DNA from: Octopus bimaculoides
Lineage: Eukaryota
Direction: 5' to 3'
Length of the DNA: 56,495 nucleotides
Assembly: GCF_001194135.2 (NCBI RefSeq)
Contig: NC_068990.1
Span: forward strand, 30,626,368-30,682,862
Shown here piece after piece: positions 22,801 through 33,115 of this stretch. The notes below the pieces were generated by a model. That model did not search any database. It was not told the DNA's origin and saw only the letters and a list, made by a program, of their open reading frames with translations. The translations under genes and the position numbers were made by a program. Positions within the stretch are counted from its first letter, which is position 1. Each line of letters starts with the position of its first letter.

Positions 22801-23571
22801 TTATTCCTCGTCTTGACATCATCATCATCATCATCATCATCGTTTAACGTCCGCTTTCCATGCTAGCATGGGTTGGACGATGTAAATGAGTGTCATTGTC
22901 ATATATGCAGTGTTATTCATTTCCGATATTGTGCAAGAAGATGTCTGGTCAGGGGGAAATATTACCTTACTTGGAAACAGGTGAGGGTTGGTGACATTAA
23001 AAAATCAATAACCTCCATATGTTCCATGCCTGCATTGAAAAGTGAACGCTAAGATGATGATGATGATGGATAACCAGCCAAGAGATCATCATTCTGTATC
23101 ATGTTCCAAGCAGATGTATGGAAAAGTGGATATTAATAAACAATTACTGTCAGGAGTCCATTAAATGTGAAGTAAGTTAGCACAGAGTGCTATTGTTTGT
23201 TCCCCTCCGTAAACAATGGCTACACTGCTATTATTTCGCATGCTGTGCTAGATTAAATTCTCCTCAATGGTAAACTTACTTCCAACAGATTGGTGTCCTA
23301 TCCAGGAAGAGATTCTTTCCTCATCCATTTAAAATAATAGAAAATAACCACCAGCTCATTTGTACTCTAGAAACACAGGAAATAAAATAATACATTGACA
23401 CACAGTTGACACGGCTGGCTGAAGAAACAACCAAATACTCAGTATCAAGTTACTGGCACATTGCATTTCCACAGCCATGCAAACCAGTCTCCTTGTTATC
23501 TTCGTCAGACCAGATGGAGAATAAGAATCACAAATGAAGGGAAGAAGCAAAAGAAAAAATATAAATACAGG

Positions 23572-23745
23572 ACTTGGATCAAGTTGTGTGGTTAAGAAGC
23601 TTGCTTCCCAACCATGTGGTCTTGGGTTCAGTCCCACTGAATAGCTCAGGGGTGCAGTAGAAGGTACCTACCAGCATCTTTTATTACAGCCCTTCTGAAT
23701 GGATTTGGCAGATGGAAACTCAAAGAAGCCGTGTGCGTGTGTAAA
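23572..23745 (+). mobile_element. SINE family B head
   Basis: TGTGTGGTTAAGAAGCTTGCTTCCCAACCATGTGG...GGTTCAGTCCCACTG. Confidence 0.7.
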
Positions 23746-23829
23746 TGTCAGTTTAGTGTATCACTTAGTAGCATATAGTGAAATCCAACTCAAAATCATA
23801 TGGTTGTGAAGAGCACTTCATAACCACAC

Positions 23830-24466
23830 AGCTGCACATATACAATATATACGTGTGCTGGTGCCATATAAAAAGCACCTGGTCCACACTCTGTAAAATG
23901 GCCAACATTGGGAAGGGCATCCGGCCACAGAAACCATACCAAAACACAAATGAAGCTTGGTGCAGCTCTCCAGATGGTCAGCTCCTGTCAAACCATCCAA
24001 CCTATGCCAGCATGGAAAACAGACGTTAAATGATGATGATGATAGGCCAATGACAGTACCACCTGATTGGCACTCGTGCCAGTGGAACGTTAAAAGCACC
24101 ATCTGAGCGTGATCACTGCCAGGGCCACTAACTGGCTCCCATACCGGTGGCACGTAAAAAGCATCATTCGAGTGTGATCGTTGCCTGTGTCGCCTTACTG
24201 GCACATGAAAATCAACATTTGGTACTGGCTCCCATGCAGGTGGCACATAAAAAACACCTTTTAAAGCATGGCCGTTGCCAGTACCGCCTGACTGGCCCTC
24301 ATGCCGATGGCATGTAAAAGCACCCACTACACTCTCAGAATGGTTGGCATTAGGAAGGACATCCAGCTGTAGAAATTTTGCCAGATCAGATTGGAGCCTA
24401 GTGCAGCCTTCTGGCTCACCAGTCCTCAAACAGTCCAACCCATGCCAGCAGGGAAAGTGGACATTA
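23830..24466 (+). mobile_element. Two tandem RTE 3' tails, the second with about five 66-bp subrepeats
   Basis: The first tail ends in (GAT)n at about 24040. The second has units starting at about 24063, 24128, 24194, 24223 (short) and 24288. Confidence 0.8.
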
Positions 24467-25254
24467 NNNNNNNNNNNNNNNNNNNNNNNNNNNNNNNNNN
24501 NNNNNNNNNNNNNNNNNNNNNNNNNNNNNNNNNNNNNNNNNNNNNNNNNNNNNNNNNNNNNNNNNNNNNNNNNNNNNNNNNNNNNNNNNNNNNNNNNNNN
24601 NNNNNNNNNNNNNNNNNNNNNNNNNNNNNNNNNNNNNNNNNNNNNNNNNNNNNNNNNNNNNNNNNNNNNNNNNNNNNNNNNNNNNNNNNNNNNNNNNNNN
24701 NNNNNNNNNNNNNNNNNNNNNNNNNTATATAATTTATATAAGGGCATTCACTATATAGTAATGCCTCACGCTCAGAGGGACTAAATAAGTCAAAAACTAC
24801 CCAAAAATAAGCAACATATTTACGAGGTTTTTACGAGGTTTTTTCACGCTGACTACTTGATAAATTCTTATAAAGATTTTATCCTATATTATATTATATA
24901 TATATATATATATATATAGAATGGACATAGAAAAACACCTCAACAAAAACAGTTGACAGTAAACAACTGCTTTATCGTAACACTGCTGCCTATGTCTCTC
25001 TGTGAGATTTATAATTAGATCATTTCTAATTTTGTAACCAGTGAATGTGTTTTCACTGAAAATATATATATTTGTGAAGGCTAGACATGCTTTTTCAACC
25101 ACCTGGTCGGCTACTTCAGGCTGATGATGACTCAGAAACATGTCCCTATATAGTCTCTGCATGACAAAATCCACGTCACTGCTCAAATGCTATCTTTAAG
25201 ATAGCATGTTAGCACTGGTGTATATGTGTGCATGAAGATGTATATATAGATGCA

Positions 25255-25440
25255 GACATGGCTGTGTGGTTAACATGTTCACTCCCAAACCACATGATTT
25301 GGGGTTCAGTCCCACTGCAAAATACCTTGGGCAGGTGTCTTCGACTATAGCCCCAGCTATAGCCAACCAAAACAATGAGTGTTTTTATATCCCTTTGTCT
25401 TGACGTCACATGATGGCTGTAAACAAGTTTCATCGTTACT
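25255..25440 (+). mobile_element. SINE family B head
   Basis: GGCTGTGTGGTT...GGTTCAGTCCCACTGC...CCTTGGGCAGGTGTCTTC. Confidence 0.65.
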
Positions 25441-26404
25441 GAAGTGGTGTCATTCATTTCCAATATTCCATGAAAACATGTCTGGCCATGGGGAGAAACA
25501 ACCATAACCTGCTCAGGCTGTATTCTAGGCTTACTGGCAATTTCAGACTTGACATTCAGCCAAATTCATGATAAAGCAAGAATGTGCGATCCCAACCCCC
25601 ACCCCACCCTCTTCAAATGCAGTCAAACCAAAAATAGATCAGCCAATCTGAGTAAAGATAGGCCGTCAGTGCAGAATTAGGTTGTTTACAAATGTCGGTT
25701 CACATACAAGCACTGTTTTAGATATTCTTTTGGAGTATTTTTTCCAATTTTTCAACTACTTTTTTGCAGCTCCTGCAAAACATTCTCATCCTCTTTTCTA
25801 AAAGTCAGTAGCCATGTAGCTCCTTTAAAAGAACTTGCTTGCCTCCCCCACCCCACACCAACTCATACTTTAACCCCCTCATCTACTAGCATAAAGCTGT
25901 CCCTAAACCCCAATCCCCCCACCACTCTTACTCCTATTGTTTCGTACTCTTGAGAGAGCTGGTAGCACACAAAAGTGTACCCTGTGCACTCTGCAACACC
26001 ATCCAGCCATAGAAACCACACCAAAGTAGACATGGGAACACAATACAGTTCTTGAAGCCACTGGATCCTGCCAAACTGTCCAACCTATGCTAGCATACAA
26101 CATGGATGTTAAGTGATGATAACGATGATGACAATGATGAACATTCTCAGTCAATTGTTTACAGCATCAATACAAAGACAATGCTTTTTTTTTTCTTTTA
26201 TAAGTGATAAGGGACTGTAAATTTTAAAAGATTCTTATGAAGAAGATCAACAAGAATTTAATGGAATCTATCCAAAGAATGACTTGAAATCAATTAAAGA
26301 TGAGAGTTTTCAAATGGAATGTGTGATAACAGGGAGTCTGAAACAGGGAATCAGGGTTCTCAATCAACTAACATTAGTGGTTACACAATATTGCTATGAG
26401 ACAG

Positions 26405-26625
26405 CACCAAGATGGCAGGATCATTATTAGCATTGCCAGGCAAAATTCAGCATTTTGTTCATCTTTACATTCTAAATTCAAACTCCACCAGGGTCGACTG
26501 TGCCTTTCGTACTTTCAATAAAATAAATAAGGGTCAATAAAATAAATACCAGTTGCGCACTGGGGTCGATGCAATTGACTTACAGCTGCCCCACCACAAA
26601 TTTCAGGCCTTGTGCCTATAGTAGA
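26405..26625 (+). mobile_element. SINE family D copy
   Basis: TTCAAACTCCACCAGGGTCGACT.TGCCTTTC...ACCAGTTGCGCACTGGGGTCGAT...TTCAGGCCTTGTGCCTATAGTAGAAA. Confidence 0.7.
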
Positions 26626-26724
26626 AAGCATTATTATTATTATTGTTATTATTATTTGACAAGAATGTTAGAGAATCAAATAAAATACCTTATGGTAATT
26701 GTTCCACCAAAATCAACTTATATA

Positions 26725-27292
26725 TGCTGTGACTGAGAAGACTCGGCAACTAAAGTGAGATCACAGCCATGGCTGATGCCAGTGTTGCATGACTGGCCCA
26801 TTTAAAAGTACTCTTGATGCATCAGGTGATATGATATGCTTGAGAAGACCTGTTGAGTCAAGTAAAGCCAAAATCATAGCTGTGGCCAGTGCCCTCTGAC
26901 TAGCTCCTGTGCTGGTGTCATGTAAAAAGCACCATCCAAACATGGTTGATGCCAGGTCTACCTGACTGGCTCCTGTGCTGGTGAAATGTAAAAAGCATCA
27001 TCCGAATGTGGCCGATGCCTGTGCTCCCTGACTGGCTCCCGTGCTGGTGGCATGCAAAAAGCACTATCTGAACGTGATCGATGCCAGGGCCACCTGACTG
27101 GCTCGTGTTGGTGACATGTAAAATGCACCCACTACACTCTTGGAGTGGTTGGCGTTAGGAAGGGCATCCAGCTATAGAAATAATGCCAAAACAAACAGCA
27201 GAGCTTGGTGTAGTCATCTGATTTGCTTGTTCCTGTCAACTGTCCAACCCATGCCAGCATGGAAAATGGATATACAATGATGATGATGATGA
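26725..27292 (+). mobile_element. RTE LINE 3' end with four 66-bp tandem subrepeats
   Basis: ORF2 end YAVTEKTRQLK*; units at 26896, 26962, 27028 and 27094; (GAT)n tail. Confidence 0.85.
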
Positions 27293-27504
27293 AATATGTG
27301 GATTGTGTGTGTATGTGTATGTACATATATTTTGTCATAAGGTCAAAAGTTTGTAGAGGATGGCTAAATTTTGACTAGATAAATCCCCAAATAAATGACT
27401 GGTACATATTTTTATTGATGTGAGAGAGATGAATAACTTGCCAAAAATAATCAGTGATACTCACACCGTAGTGTACCCAGCACATAACAAATAGACAAGG
27501 GAAA

Positions 27505-28110
27505 GACACTTGACCTGCTAAATATAGCAACCAAATTTCCATCAAATTGCCTTCTATCAGCTAAAAAAATTTGTCATTCACTGTACAATGAAGTCCCTCA
27601 TATATAGACAGTATGGTCATGGCTGGAAAGCCTTTCATCAAGGGTTTTCTCAATCAAAACTGATCAGGAACTAACCAACAACAATCAAGATATGCTAATG
27701 ACAGAGTCTCTACATGGTAGCTCAATTTGCTAACAATAGTAGCTAAATTCCTCAAATCACCTCAAAAAAAAAAAACACATACTGACAATGACTTAAATAC
27801 AAAAAAGGATGAAATTGTCACATTTGTAATGTTTTAGTCATAACTTTGGTTTGCTACCTCAGAACGACTCTGATTGAGACAAACCACCAAAGAAGCCTTA
27901 CCATGGATACCCAACCTTCTAAAAACAGCAGCCAAATCTCACACAAATTACTCCCTGCCATTTTACAGGAATGACCAAGGAATGAAGAACAAGAAAGGAC
28001 ACACTGGATAGTGTAGTCCTATTTACCCTATGCCTAAAAAAGGATGAAATTGTCACAACATGAATATTGATATATTCAGTCAATACACAACTGGATCAAA
28101 TTAAACAACA
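27505..28110 (+). repeat. Three diverged tandem copies of an interspersed repeat (TTGACCTGCTAGAAATAGCAGCCAAAT family)
   Basis: AAAAAGGATGAAATTGTCACA recurs at about 27802 and 28037. Related motifs occur at about 33840, 42350, 44005 and 55700. Confidence 0.55.
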
Positions 28111-28271
28111 ACAACTACTAAAATATGAGAGCAAAAAACAAAATAGAGAAGTACTTTGAGTGTGAAATCTCAGCTACAAGATCTGTAAAAGTAATTTAAT
28201 TCCAAAAGACAAATAGTGTCAAATAGAAAGGATATCTCATAAGCTAGACAAATAATAAACTATGATAGGCA

Positions 28272-28632
28272 CAGGCACAGCTGTGTGGTAAGAAGTTTGC
28301 TTCCCAACCACATGGTTCCAGGTTCAGTCCTACTGCATGGCACCTTGTTACTATACCCTCAGGCCAACCTAAGTCTTGTGAGTAGATTTGATAAACAGAA
28401 ACTGAAAGAAGCTTGTGTGTGTGTGTCTATGCTTGTCCACCACTACCACTTAACAACTGGTGTTGGTTTGTTTACATCCCTGTAACTTAGCAGTTCAACA
28501 AAAGATACCAACAGCATTTTTTCTTTTCTTAAAGAAAATAGGTTTTGAGGTTGACCCGTTTGACTAAAAATTCTTCAAGGCAGTGCCCCAGCATGGCCAC
28601 AGTCTAATGACTGAAACAAGTAAAAGATAAAA
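28272..28632 (+). mobile_element. SINE family B copy
   Basis: Head, microsatellite and CCAGCATGGCCACAGTC tail. Confidence 0.8.
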
Positions 28633-28759
28633 AATACTAGTTAAAATTGAACTGGTATACATCTTTGTTAGGAATCACTAATATCTGTGACAAGAGCAGC
28701 TGCAACACAAACTCATTCTCAACTACATCTCATAAAAGGTCATCCAACTGATTGACAAA

Positions 28760-29000
28760 GCTTCACTCTCTCCTCCACATTGCAAGCACCGACTCCACCA
28801 ACATCTCTTATCCTCTTTCTATCTCTTCTCTGACTACAACAACAGTTTCTGCTCTCTGATCTGCCAAACATTTTCCACATGTTTCCTCCTCTATCTTCTC
28901 TTCTAACATCAAAACATCTACAGTAAACAACTGACCCCAAAAGTGCAACCCTTAGGAACTCTCTTTCAGTCTATATTCAAAGTGAACCTCAACCACATTG
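28760..29000 (+). mobile_element. Highly degenerate LINE ORF2 C-terminal remnant (CR1/L2/Jockey-like)
   Basis: Frames give KHR...SSFYLFSDYNNSFCS, resembling HRR..SLFYRYYNG.CS. No intact motif is present. Confidence 0.35.
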
Positions 29001-29159
29001 ACCTTACCAGTTTTCAAAAGTTTATGGGTACTGCCCATTGTTTTTATAGTTTTAATGTAAGAAATATAAGAAAAAACATCACATAATATCATTGGGAGCC
29101 AACCAAATGCAACAATCCCTAGTCTAAGACCTTAAACAAAAAATGTCTGCTATCAGACA

Positions 29160-29540
29160 CAGGTGTGGCTATGTGGTATGAAGCTCGCTTCCCAACCACA
29201 TGATTCTGGGTCCAATTCCACTGCGTAGCACCTTGGGCAAGAGTCTTCTATAGCCTCAGGCCAACCAAAGCCTTGTGTGTGGATTTGTTAGGTGGAAACT
29301 GAAAGAAACCTGTTGTGTATATATGTGTGTGTGTGTGTGTGTGTATTTGTGTCTGTCTTTATTCCTCCACCATCGCTTGACAACTGAATTTGGTGTGTTT
29401 ACGTCCCCATAATTTAGCAGTTCCACAAAAGGGTCTGTAGAGTAAGTACCAGGCATGCAAAGAATAAGTCCAGGGGTCAATTTCTTTAACTAAAAGGTGG
29501 TGCTACAGCATGGCCACAGTCAAAGGACTGAAACAAGTAC
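29160..29540 (+). mobile_element. SINE family B copy
   Basis: Full head-microsatellite-tail organisation. Confidence 0.8.
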
Positions 29541-29596
29541 AAGAATCAATTTATAGAAACATGGCCAATTATCTTGGTTGTGTGTATGCATATAGG

Positions 29597-29737
29597 CGCA
29601 GGAGTGGATGTGTGGTAAGTAGCTTGCTTACTAACCACATGGTTCTGGGTTCAGTCCCACTGCGTGGCACCTTGGGCAAGTGTCTTCTACTATAGCCTTG
29701 TGAGTGGATTTGGTAGACGGAAACAAAAAGAAGCCCG

Positions 29738-29791
<54 letters not shown>

Positions 29792-30036
29792 TAGCAGAGA
29801 TACCCAGCGTTGCCCATGTTACATGCAATGGAAGAATTAGACTTTTCTGTTATATTTTCTCTAATGAACTGGAATACATATGATTCAAATTTCATCAAAA
29901 TTGCAGATGAGGGTTCTTTCCCTCTTTACTCACCCTAAAAAAATTCTAATCATGATACATGTATCCCATACTACACACACATATATATATATATACATAC
30001 ATGTATATGTATATATATACATTTGTGCAGATGTAT

Positions 30037-30072
<36 letters not shown>

Positions 30073-30364
30073 GTAAGTATGTATGTATGTATGTATGCCT
30101 ATATATGTGAGATAATAGTTTCAGTATTAAAATGAAAATATCTGACATTACAATAGAGAGATGTTATTGTTTCACTTTTGACACGTAATACTGAAATAGT
30201 GGAGGAGATATGATTATTGCTCTGGGCTCGCACTAGGCAATAAGTTAAAAAAATGTTTGGCCTATGACACTACATGGCCCCTAAGTAAGGCATGTGTAAA
30301 ATTTGAATGAAATTGGTTGTGTCGTTCTCAAGTTTTAGGGATTCACACAGACACACATTCCCAT

Positions 30365-30404
<40 letters not shown>

Positions 30405-30590
30405 ATGTTTGTATGTCTGTGTTTGTTCCCCCAACATTCTTTGACAACCGATGGTGGTGTGTTTACGTCCCCATCACTTAGCGGTTCGGCAAGAGAGACC
30501 GATAGAATAAGTACTAGGCTTACAAAGAATAAGTCCTGGGGTCGATTTCCTCAACTAAAAGGTGGTGCTCCAGCATGGCCTCTGTCGCAG
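29597..30590 (+). mobile_element. Young SINE family B copy split at its (TA)n by a nested insertion
   Basis: CpG-retaining head 29597-29740 with (TA)n to 29790; tail 30370-30590 (CCGATGGTGGTGTGTTTACGTCCCC...CCAGCATGGCC). Confidence 0.8.
29791..30368 (+). mobile_element. Non-autonomous Helitron-like (Lep1/HINE-type) element nested in (TA)n
   Basis: Starts ta|CTAGCAGAGATACCCAGCGTTGCCC and ends ...CACAGACACACATTCCCATCTTT|atat. It has no TIR or TSD other than the TA run, and carries an internal microsatellite. Confidence 0.55.
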
Positions 30591-30749
30591 AGTCAATCAT
30601 TTACAGCTGAGTGAAGAACTGGAGCACTGTGAAATGAAGTGTTTTGCTTAAGAACACAATGTGCCACCGGGTCTAGGAACTGAACCCACCATCTAGTAAT
30701 CATAAGTGCAACACCATAACTATTAGCATTCATGCCTTCACATATATAT

Positions 30750-31212
30750 ATACATGGTGGTTGTCTACTCCTTATGTAGAGTCTGACCACCTTTTGTATG
30801 TACACCTTAGATCCATCATGGTGTCTGATGTGGCTTTTTAAACCAGACAATGTTCTGAAAAGACACCCACATAGATTGCATATCTGATTTGGACCACCAA
30901 GAGTTGCAGTTAAGTTCTGATCTTTGTGGATCTTAAAATGTCTTTTGAGGCTTCTGTTAGATTTGCAGACTTTATGGCATACAAGGCATTAAAAGGTGTG
31001 CACAGACATAAAGGCAGAATAGTTGGTGGAGGTTCGTTTTTCATAGGACCGCAAATGAGATTTGGGCCCAGCAAAAGAAAGGCATGGTCTGTCATAAATT
31101 GTGCACACAAAAAGGTCATTGTGATTCACCTTCTTGATTGGAACATTCTTCTTGAAATCTCCCAAGTCTCGCATGCCTGGCCTCTTGAAACGCTTTCACT
31201 CCACTCCATACT
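30750..31212 (-). mobile_element. RTE-BovB-like LINE 3' end encoding three tandem C2H2 zinc fingers (decayed)
   Basis: VWSGVKAFQEARHARL, then in one frame FVCTIYDRPCLSFAGPKSHLRSY, F*CLVCHKVCKSNRSLKRHFKIH and ICNLCGCLFRTLSGLKSHIRHH. The 3' end resembles the BovB-like tail, and TA runs flank both sides. Confidence 0.75.
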
Positions 31213-31449
31213 TTTATATTTATATATATATAGTGAGAATTTACAAAAAAAACAAAAGACGAAGACAGGTGTGTAAACAACAAACAGATGTATTAGTTTA
31301 ATGCTCGGGAAGTGAGATAGTCTTTTAGGTTTCGAGCCTATGCTGTTTGACAGAAAGGAACACAGAAATAAACAGGGAGAGAAAACAGAAATAGGTTTAG
31401 TGGCTAACGATCTATCATGGCGAATGCCGGACAGAGGGGTCTTTTCTTT

Positions 31450-31825
31450 TAATTTATTCCAGTTGTTGAACTGCAGCCAAGCTGGGGCTCAGTCTAGAAG
31501 GGTTTAGTCAGACAAAATGACCACCAGTACTAACTTTTTAAGTCTGGTACTTATTTTATCCGTCTCTTTTGCCAAATGGTTCCATTACAGGGGCATAAAG
31601 AAACCAACACCAATTGTGAAGCAGTTGGAGGGGGGTTGGAAAACTCAATGACACACACACATGCATACATGATGGGGTTCCACACAGTTTCCATCTACAA
31701 AATTCATTCACAAGGCATTAGGTAGCATAGAGGTATAGTAGAAGACACTTACCCAAGGTACCATACAGTAGGACTGAACCTGAATCCATGCTGTTGCAAA
31801 GCAAGCTTATTAACCACACAACCAG
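31450..31825 (-). mobile_element. SINE family B copy (inverted partner of 31856-32195)
   Basis: Reverse-complement head and tail. Confidence 0.7.
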
Positions 31826-31855
31826 AATGTTTATCTCACTCTCTCTCTCTAAGCG

Positions 31856-32195
31856 CATGCATGGCTGTGTGATAGGAAGCTTGCTTCCCAACCACATGGT
31901 TCCGGATTCAGTTCTACTGTGATACCTTGGGCATGTATCTTGTGAATGTATTTTGTAGCTGGAAACTGAAAGAAGCTTCTCGTGTGTGTTTGTTCCCCAT
32001 CACCACTGCTTGACAACCAGTGTTGGTGTGTGTATGTTCCTGTAACTTAGTGGTTTGGCAAAAGAAATCAATAGAATAAGTACTATTCTTAAAAAAGAAA
32101 CAAGTCCTGAGGTCAATTCATTCAACTAAAAATTCTTCAAGGCAGTGAGTGTCCCAGCATGGCCACAGTCTAATGCTTGAAACAACAAAAAGAAA
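31856..32195 (+). mobile_element. SINE family B copy
   Basis: GCATGGCTGTGTGATAGGAAGCTTGCTTCCCAACCACATGG...CCCAGCATGGCCACAGTC. Confidence 0.8.
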
Positions 32196-32699
32196 AAGGT
32201 ATAAATACCCCCTCACCCACCCATACATATATGGATTTTATTTAATTGAAACCCAGACAGCTTGGAAAGCTAAATCTACTTTGGAATAGATTTAATCTCA
32301 GGAGTAAGGAAACATATCAAACCAGATAATCCAATTCAACCATCTTACTTTCTGTTCCACTAAAGAGAGCACTTTATGCTTCAATGACTTCAATCTTTGT
32401 TCAAGATTTCCAGACAAGTCTGGTTATGGTTAATTCACAAAAGTCTCATACTGTGAAACAAGTGAACTATTTATAGTTTTCTTTTTAGTTTATTCATTCA
32501 CAAATTTTGTTGATCAAATTAACCATTTCCTCGTTAATACACCTCATAATTTAATGAATATTACTAATTAGCCTTGTTAGGTGTGGGACTTAGAGAGTGA
32601 TACTAAATTGATTTATTACAAAATATACCAAACCTGGGTGAAATACATTACTCACACCTTATTTTAATAATTAAAAGAATATTTGTATTAAATATTGAT

Positions 32700-32912
32700 C
32701 TCAAATATTTTGGCACGAGACCAACAATTTTGGAGGAGGAGTAAGTTGATTACATCAACCCCAGTACGCAACTGGTACTTAGTTTATCAACCCAGAAAGA
32801 GTGAAAGGTAAAGTTGACCTCAGCTGAATTTGAACTCAGAACATAAAAATGGATGAAATGCCACTAAGCATTTTGTCCAACATCCTAACAATTCTGCTAG
32901 CTTGCTGCCTTA
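32700..32912 (-). mobile_element. SINE family D copy (inverted partner of 32928-33115)
   Basis: CCCCAGTACGCAACTGGTACTT..TTTATCAACCC..AAAG..TGAAAGGTAAAGTTGACCTC. Confidence 0.8.
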
Positions 32913-32927
32913 TTGGTGTTAAATATC

Positions 32928-33115
32928 AGCAAACTCTCACGCCGGGTGAAATGCTTAGCGGTATTTCATCTGAGTTCAGATTCCACCAGGGTCACCTTTG
33001 CCTTTCATCCTTTTGGGGTCGATAAATTAAGTACCAGTTGCATACTGGGTTGATCTAATCGGATGGCTCTCTCCCCCCAAAAATTTTGGGCCTTGTGCCT
33101 AGAGTAGAAAAGAAA
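32928..33115 (+). mobile_element. SINE family D copy
   Basis: CACGCCGGGTGAAATGCTTAGCGGTATTTC...TTTGCCTTTCATCCTTTTGGGGTCGATAAATTAAGTACCAGTTGC. Confidence 0.8.

Noticed and set aside
24884-25186. 100-aa ORF (MSSDVDFVMQRLYRD...)
   Set aside because: No recognisable motif, ends in (TA)n-derived residues, and the length is compatible with chance.
26896-27140. 66-bp periodic array as CRISPR
   Set aside because: Whole units are homologous with no unique spacers, there are no cas genes, and the array lies in a eukaryotic LINE 3'UTR.
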